A stretch of DNA of 13,109 bases, from contig JBFMGU010000289.1 of the NCBI GenBank assembly GCA_040752415.1, positions 1-13,109 of the forward strand, read 5' to 3'. The position numbers were made by a program, and so were the translations under genes. The stretch is from Myxococcota bacterium. Lineage in GTDB: Bacteria > Myxococcota > JACRCW01. Positions 5,356 to 13,109 of this stretch are shown here, piece by piece (position 1 is the stretch's first letter; each line of letters opens with the position of its first letter). The notes under the pieces are model-generated. The model worked only from the letters and a program-made list of their open reading frames with translations. It searched no databases and had not been told where the DNA came from.

Positions 5356-7776
5356 ATGAGACGGACCCTGACTGCGCAGGCGGCGTTGGCGTCATACGTC
5401 TGGACACTGGTGCTCTGGCCGGTGACGGCGCGCGCGGAGGAGCGCGTGGCGGAGCCGGGCATCTCGTCGGACGGACAGCCTTGGTACGACGCGTGGTGGA
5501 CGGACGCGAACGCGGACCTGCCCCTGGTTCCGCAGCGGCTGCGTGAGGACCTGGGCAGTGCGCACGCCGACGTGGTGGACGCGTTTGAGCACGGCATCCG
5601 CGTCGGAGACACGCTGGTGGTTCCCGGTGGGCCCGAGCTGAACGCGTTCCTCCGCAAGCACGCCGAGCAGGGGCACATCCAGCTGCGCGACACGGTGGTC
5701 CTCCTCCCCGAGCACCTGCAGGCCGCTCGCGGTGAGCTCTCCGACGCAGCGACCCGCACCGCCCAGGTTGCGAGGGAGAACGCCGCGCACACCGCCCACG
5801 TCGACGAGGAAACGCGCAAGGAGATGGAGGAGAACAGCAAGCAGGCGGATCAGCTCCTCCGGGAGAGCGGTACGCGCGCCGACGCCACCGCCGCCGCCGC
5901 CGTGAAAGAGACCGACGAGGGACTCCGCGTGGCACGCGAAAAGGCGGAGGCGGGGCACCGCGTGGCGACGGAGCAGATGGCTGCGTCGATCGTCGTGCAC
6001 CACCTGGAGAGCACGCATTCCGCACGCGCCCTGGTGAACGCGAGCGCCGACATGGTGCCCCAGCTTGCGCGGTGGACCGCCCAGCAGGGCCCACAGGGTC
6101 TCGACGACACCCAGCGCTGGACCCGCAACGTCGCCACCTCCACCGTGGAGATGGCCACCGACCTGGCGCTGTGGACGGGCGACGGCACGGTGGGCGCGGT
6201 GGAGGACACCCAGCGCGCGCTGCGGACCATTCGCGGGGAAGAACGTCGGGACCAGGCTGCCATCGACGAGAGCGCCGCCGCGCGAACCAACGTGATCAAC
6301 CGCGAGACCGACAGCGCCGTCCGCGTCGTCACGGAGGAAACGTTTGCATACGTGCGCCCCGCGCTGGCGTCGCAGTGGCGCGACTCCCAGCGCGACGCCA
6401 AGGCACTCTGGCAGCTCGGCTACCACGACTACCTCGAGGGCGGGATGCGCCTCGCGGGGGACAACTACTTCGCCGGTGACGTCGAGGGGATCCTGATGGG
6501 GACCGCGTATTCGGTCACCGGCGTCGCGCAGGGGGTGACGCACCTGTTCGTGATCCATCCCATGGCGCAGCTGGTTCACGCCGTGGCCGGAGCGGGCCAG
6601 GCAGGTGGGCTGGCGGCGTTGGGCGTGGGCGGCGTGGTGGTGCAGGCCGGACGCGGAGTGGCTCGTCACGTCGGAAACCAGGTGGCGCGTGTGGGCAGCA
6701 CGGTGGGCAATCACGTCATCTCCCGCGCGCTGGAGGTGGGCACGTTGGGCCTGGGCACGGCGGGCGCCATTGCCACGGCAACCACCGGGACCGTGATGAC
6801 GACGGGTGTGGTGCTCGGCGGCTCCGCGCTCACGGTGGGCGCGGCTGGCGCGGGAGTCACGCGGACCGTCGGTGCCGTGGGCGCGGGAGCGCTTGCCACG
6901 GTGATGGCGCCGAGCATGGGGCTTGCCGCGGGTGGCCTCTTCGTGGGGACGCGCGGGGTGGCGTGGCTGGGGATTGACGTCGTCACTGGAACCCTTCGCG
7001 GCGCGGAGGCGATTGGCACCGGAGCGGCGGAGAGCGTGACGTACGCGGTGACGGGGACCTCTCGCGTGATTGCGGCGCGGGTTGCGGACCTGGCGCTGCG
7101 CATGGGCATCCCGGCGCTGGGCGTGCTGGTGACCGCGGCGCGCTTTGCGCGGGTGGGTGCGGTGGCGGTGGGAGACAACCTCGTCGCCACGCCGCTGGCA
7201 GCGGGCGCACACATGCTGGGCGGGACATTGGGAGCCGGGTGGCAGCTCATCCGTGATCCCATCCAGGGCACCACGCATCTCGTCGTGGGCGCCACGGGAT
7301 ACTCGTTCGGCGTGCTCGGGTTGACCTCGGTGACGACGACGCGCGCGTTCCTCCACGCCCTCGTCGCGTTGGGGGTGGCGAACGTGGAATTCATCCATCA
7401 CGGCGGGAAGCTCGTGGTGAGCGGAGCGGTGGGCGCGTTCGAGAACGTGACGGCGCCCCTGCGCTTTGACCGGCAGAACCAGTGGAAGGCGGAGCGTGAG
7501 CCCCAACTGCGTGAGATGCTGGAACGCCAGCCCCCCGACGTGAAATCCCGCCTGGGCACCGACGTCAGCTACATCCGCGTGGTCTTCTCCGGCCCCGACC
7601 GCGGCAAGGTCCACTTCTTCACGATGAAGATCGACGGGGACCCGGTCCGCTTCTACCGGCACGTGGGCCCCGACTGCGCCATCACCTACCGCAGCGACGG
7701 AAGGAACGCGGAAGTCCTTGATTCCGGCTGGTACGACGTGCGCTGCCAGGCGCAGCACGAAGGGAATGAGCCATGA
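5356..7776 (+). CDS. Large exported hypothetical protein A, 806 aa: helical repeat region, long Gly/Ala/Val-rich hydrophobic region, two-Cys C-terminal domain
   Basis: Long ORF with GC-rich third positions. GGAGG lies 6 nt before ATG 5356. Signal peptide MRRTLTAQAALASYVWTLVLWPVTARA/EE. Paralogous to the next gene and coupled to it by an ATGA overlap. Function not recognised. Confidence 0.85.
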   Translation: MRRTLTAQAALASYVWTLVLWPVTARAEERVAEPGISSDGQPWYDAWWTDANADLPLVPQRLREDLGSAHADVVDAFEHGIRVGDTLVVPGGPELNAFLRKHAEQGHIQLRDTVVLLPEHLQAARGELSDAATRTAQVARENAAHTAHVDEETRKEMEENSKQADQLLRESGTRADATAAAAVKETDEGLRVAREKAEAGHRVATEQMAASIVVHHLESTHSARALVNASADMVPQLARWTAQQGPQGLDDTQRWTRNVATSTVEMATDLALWTGDGTVGAVEDTQRALRTIRGEERRDQAAIDESAAARTNVINRETDSAVRVVTEETFAYVRPALASQWRDSQRDAKALWQLGYHDYLEGGMRLAGDNYFAGDVEGILMGTAYSVTGVAQGVTHLFVIHPMAQLVHAVAGAGQAGGLAALGVGGVVVQAGRGVARHVGNQVARVGSTVGNHVISRALEVGTLGLGTAGAIATATTGTVMTTGVVLGGSALTVGAAGAGVTRTVGAVGAGALATVMAPSMGLAAGGLFVGTRGVAWLGIDVVTGTLRGAEAIGTGAAESVTYAVTGTSRVIAARVADLALRMGIPALGVLVTAARFARVGAVAVGDNLVATPLAAGAHMLGGTLGAGWQLIRDPIQGTTHLVVGATGYSFGVLGLTSVTTTRAFLHALVALGVANVEFIHHGGKLVVSGAVGAFENVTAPLRFDRQNQWKAEREPQLREMLERQPPDVKSRLGTDVSYIRVVFSGPDRGKVHFFTMKIDGDPVRFYRHVGPDCAITYRSDGRNAEVLDSGWYDVRCQAQHEGNEP

Positions 7777-9944
7777 TGCTGCAAACGCTGGCGCTGATGG
7801 CAACGCTGCATGCCGACGTCACGCCCGAGAAGACCTACGAGCAGCCCACGCCGAATCTCGGCGAGAGTGCGGGAGGCGCGCTCGTCGATGAGTCACTGCA
7901 CCACAGCGCGGAGCAACAGGATGCGGCAGCCGACGCGGTGCAGACCATTCCGCGGGCTGCCCACGAAGCCGACGGCATCATGCACGAGGGTGCGTCCCGC
8001 TCGGCCATGCACGCGGACGCCGCTGTCCAGCACGCGCGCGACAGCGTGACCACGTTGCCACGGAGCATGGACAGCATCGGCAACCAGACCGTGGCGACGC
8101 ATCGTCGCGCGGTCGACGCGCGGCTGCACGCGCTGGAGGAATCCCGACTCGCCTGGCGCGCCGCGCACACGCACACCGCCTCGGAAGCCATCGACGCCGA
8201 CGCCCGCGCCGTCATCATCCAGCGCAACACCGAGTCCGCCTACGCGCAGTCGTGGAAGGAGACCGGTGACGCGCTGGCGGAGCGTCGCGCCGCCGCCTTC
8301 TCGCGGGACGACGACATCACCCGCTGGACGCGCGCCCAGGTGGACGCTGGCTGGACCGGAATGACCACGGGAACCGTGGAAAACTGGTACGCCGCCATGG
8401 CCACCACCGGCGCCGTGGCCGCGTCATTCTCCGACGACACCTGGGCCGCCATCCAGGCCATCCCGGCCAACAGCCGCGCGGTGTGGACCGGCACGGAGCA
8501 CGTGGCGCGCGCGGGTTGGGCCGCCACGTTGCGGGATGGACAGCGCGCGTTCACCCTGGGGTCCGGCAACGCGTCCGCGCTGACGACGTGGCTGGCGCAG
8601 AACCAGATGGTCCCTTTCGTCCAGTCGCAACGGGCGATCACGCAGTGGGCGGGCTGGAACACGCAGATGGGTTGGAACAGGGGCGCGCAGGCGGGACTGC
8701 AGAGTGCGTCGCAGGCATGGGAGAACGACGACCAGGTCATGGCCCCGCTGTGGGTGGCGTCGGGCGCGGGCAGGCTGGCACTGCACCTGGGCGTGCTCCT
8801 CCCGACGATCCTTCCGCTCCTCGCCTGCACCGGCTGGGGCGCGGCGCTGGCCCTTCCCGCGCTCGGCTATCCCGCGGTGGCCCTGCTCTACTCGTCGGGG
8901 CTCGCGGGCGCGGCGGGCGCGTACGCGTTGGGCACCGCGGTCACGGGGCTGGTCACCGTCGGTGGCATGACGTTGGGCGTGCTCAGCGCGGGCGCCGGTC
9001 TCCTTCGCGTTGCCGCCACGGCGACCATCGGCATCGTCGCCACCACGGCCACAGCGGCGGGGCTTGCGGCGCTGGTGGGCCTGGCGGCGATGGTGAGCAT
9101 GGCGCAGTGGTTGGGTGCGCCGGCCATCGGGTTGATGGGGCTTGCGGCGTCGTACGCGGCGTGGGGCGCGGAGCGCACGGCGTTGATCGCCTTGCACGGC
9201 GTCAGGGTGGTGGCGGTGACGACGGAGCTGGCGGCGCGCCTGGCGGTGCTTCCGCTGCGGGTGGCGGGCACCGCGCTGTTCCAGGGCACGCGCGCAACCG
9301 GCGTCACCGTCGGAGAGCACCTGTTCGGCGTGCCCGCGTCCGACGTGGCCGGCGTGGCGCAGCTCATGATCACCGCGGCGGTGGCGCTGGGAGAGCACCC
9401 GTTCGGCGCGGTGGTGCGCGGCGGAACGGCGTTGGATGCGCTGGGGCGCGCGTTGGTGTCGTCGGGAATCACGCTGGCGGCGGGAACCGGGGCCGCGGCG
9501 GGAACGGCGTTGGCGCACCACGCGTCCGCGGTGTTCTGGGGTGGTGTGAGCCTGCTGGGCGCGGGGGTGAAGACGGGAGAGTTCGTGCTGGCGGCGGTGG
9601 ATGTCCCGCAGCACCGCGCCTGGGCGGATTTCCGTCGTGAAGAGGTGGATCATGCGCTGGACCGCGCGGAGACGGAGCACCACGCCGCGCTGGGCGACGT
9701 GGCGGTGGTGCGCGTGAACTGGTGGGGTGCGGACGCCGGACGCGTGCGCTTCTTCGTCACGCGCGACCCGGGCACCGGCGAGCGCTGGTACTTCCAGCGG
9801 GTTGTCGACGAGGAAACCTGTGAGGTGCTCTACCGCCGCACCAACCAGGATCCCGTGGCGCGCGCCACCACCGGCGTCACCTGGTCCGGCGTGCATCACA
9901 CCGGCATCTACAACAAGGCGTGCGAGGAACGTCGCGGCGGGTGA
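7773..9944 (+). CDS. Large probably exported hypothetical protein B, 723 aa, paralog of protein A
   Basis: Start overlaps the stop of A (ATGATG at 7773-7778). Short signal-like N-terminus MMLQTLALMATLHA/D, Trp-periodic region, Gly/Ala-rich hydrophobic region, and a C-terminal domain that aligns with that of A. Confidence 0.85.
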   Translation: MMLQTLALMATLHADVTPEKTYEQPTPNLGESAGGALVDESLHHSAEQQDAAADAVQTIPRAAHEADGIMHEGASRSAMHADAAVQHARDSVTTLPRSMDSIGNQTVATHRRAVDARLHALEESRLAWRAAHTHTASEAIDADARAVIIQRNTESAYAQSWKETGDALAERRAAAFSRDDDITRWTRAQVDAGWTGMTTGTVENWYAAMATTGAVAASFSDDTWAAIQAIPANSRAVWTGTEHVARAGWAATLRDGQRAFTLGSGNASALTTWLAQNQMVPFVQSQRAITQWAGWNTQMGWNRGAQAGLQSASQAWENDDQVMAPLWVASGAGRLALHLGVLLPTILPLLACTGWGAALALPALGYPAVALLYSSGLAGAAGAYALGTAVTGLVTVGGMTLGVLSAGAGLLRVAATATIGIVATTATAAGLAALVGLAAMVSMAQWLGAPAIGLMGLAASYAAWGAERTALIALHGVRVVAVTTELAARLAVLPLRVAGTALFQGTRATGVTVGEHLFGVPASDVAGVAQLMITAAVALGEHPFGAVVRGGTALDALGRALVSSGITLAAGTGAAAGTALAHHASAVFWGGVSLLGAGVKTGEFVLAAVDVPQHRAWADFRREEVDHALDRAETEHHAALGDVAVVRVNWWGADAGRVRFFVTRDPGTGERWYFQRVVDEETCEVLYRRTNQDPVARATTGVTWSGVHHTGIYNKACEERRGG

Positions 9945-11251
9945 TCAGAGGAGGTTGGAGGCCAGCTCCGCCAGCTCGCTGCGCTCACCCTTCGACAACG
10001 TCACGTGCCCCGCGATCTTCTCCGCGCGGAACCGGTTCACGATGTGCACGAGGCCGTTGTTGGTGGCGTCAACGTACGGGTTGTCGATCTGGTACGGGTC
10101 ACCGGTGAGGACGATCTTGGTGTCGTCGCCGGCGCGCGTGATGATGGTCTTGATCTCGTGCGGCGTGAGGTTCTGGCTCTCGTCGACGATGATGAACTGC
10201 TGCGGGATGGACCGGCCGCGGATGTAGGTCAGCGGCTCGATCTGGATGATCCCCATGTCGACGAGCTCGTGGTACCCGCGGCCGCCTTTCTTGTCCTTCT
10301 GGCTGAGGCCCATGAGGTATTCCACGTTGTCGTAGATGGGCTGCATCCACGGGTTCAGCTTCTCCTCCACGGTGCCCGGAAGGTAGCCAATGTCGCGCCC
10401 CAGCGGGAACACCGGGCGGCTCACCAGCAGGCGGTGATACGCGCCCTCGTCGGTGACCTTGCTGAGCCCCGCCGCCAGCGCCAGCAGCGTCTTGCCCGTG
10501 CCGGCCTTGCCCACCAACGTCACCAGCTTGATGGCGTCGTTCATGAGCAGGTCCATGGCAAACGCCTGCTCCTTGTTGCGGCTGCGGATGCCCCACACGC
10601 CGTCCTTGGGCTTGCCGATGGGAATGGCCCGCTGCGCCTCCAGGTCCACCTTGCCCAGCGCCGTGTGCGAGGGATTGCCGCGGTCGCGCAGGTGGATGAA
10701 CTCGTTGGGCGAGTAGTACGGGTCCTCCAACTCCAGGTACCCCTGCGAGTAGAAGCGGTCCACGTCCTTCCCGTCCACCTCCAGCTCGCTGTAGCCCGTG
10801 TAGAGCTCGCTCACCTCCACGCTGTCGGTCTCGTACGTTTCCGTCGCCACGCCGTACGCGTCGGCACGGATGCGCAGGTTGGTGTCCATGGTGATGAACA
10901 CCGTGCGGATGTCCGGCCGCTTGTCGCGCACGTCCATGGCACAGCCCAGGATCTTGCTGTCCATGTCGCGGTCGGGGGAGGCCTCACCGGGGAGCTTCAA
11001 CGTCGTGAACACCACGCGCAGCGTCCCGCCCTTGTCAAGCTTCACACCGTCGGAGAGATGGCCCTCCTCGCGCAGGTCGTCCAGGTACTTGGAGACGCGT
11101 CGTGCGTTGCGGCCACGTTCACTCTGCTCCTTCTTGAACGCGTCCACCTCCTCGATGCAGTAGATGGGAATGACGACGTCATTGTCCTCGAATGAGAAGA
11201 TTGCGCGGGGGTCATGCAGCAGCACGTTGGTGTCGAGGACGTATTGTTTCT

Positions 11252-11255
<4 letters not shown>
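9945..11255 (-). CDS. phoH2: PIN-PhoH fusion protein (PhoH2 type; PIN RNase plus PhoH ATPase/RNA helicase), 436 aa
   Basis: N-terminal PIN motif YVLDTNVLLHDP; Walker A GKAGTGKT; GYLPGTVEEKLNPW, YIRGRS, Walker B IIVDESQN, GDPYQID and C-terminal ERSELA. Confidence 0.93.

Positions 11256-13109
<1,854 letters not shown>

Noticed and set aside
5356..5436. Twin-arginine (Tat) signal in protein A (MRRTL)
   Set aside because: It lacks the S/T-R-R-x-F-L consensus and fits an ordinary Sec signal with A-R-A cleavage equally well.
5392..7803. 803-aa minus-strand ORF and other long antisense or alternate-frame ORFs (299-1183, 939-2210, 1495-2601, 3703-4896, 8424-9899, 8483-9640, 10005-11195)
   Set aside because: They are shadow ORFs typical of high-GC DNA: Arg/His/Ala-rich, without motifs, and overlapping better-supported genes.
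5356..9944. Calling the pair phage tape-measure proteins or part of a prophage
   Set aside because: No tail, capsid or integrase genes are present, both have signal-like N-termini, and only the 11-residue periodicity is shared.

Overview
High-GC bacterial window, most likely Myxococcota or a relative (inferred from the myxobacterial-style HRDVSPxN kinase, the TM-GAF-GAF-GGDEF cyclase and the sigma54-type promoters). It holds nine supported genes. From left to right: a leftward sigma54-type promoter with a tandem upstream repeat; a Ser/Thr kinase and SDR oxidoreductase operon (-); an OmpH/Skp-like protein with a lipobox (+); a cohesin-like lipoprotein coupled to a secreted M1-family metallopeptidase with a C-terminal dockerin-like module (-); a second sigma54-type promoter driving two large, coupled, paralogous exported proteins of no family I recognise (+); and a 5'-truncated diguanylate cyclase coupled to a PIN-PhoH (PhoH2) gene (-). 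The two best candidates for a new system are the paralogous pair (11-residue aromatic repeats, about 300 aa of Gly/Ala-rich hydrophobic sequence, and a shared two-Cys C-terminal domain) and the divergently transcribed non-cellulosomal cohesin/dockerin peptidase pair. No rRNA, tRNA, CRISPR array or mobile element was seen. All calls come from reading motifs by eye; no database searches were run.
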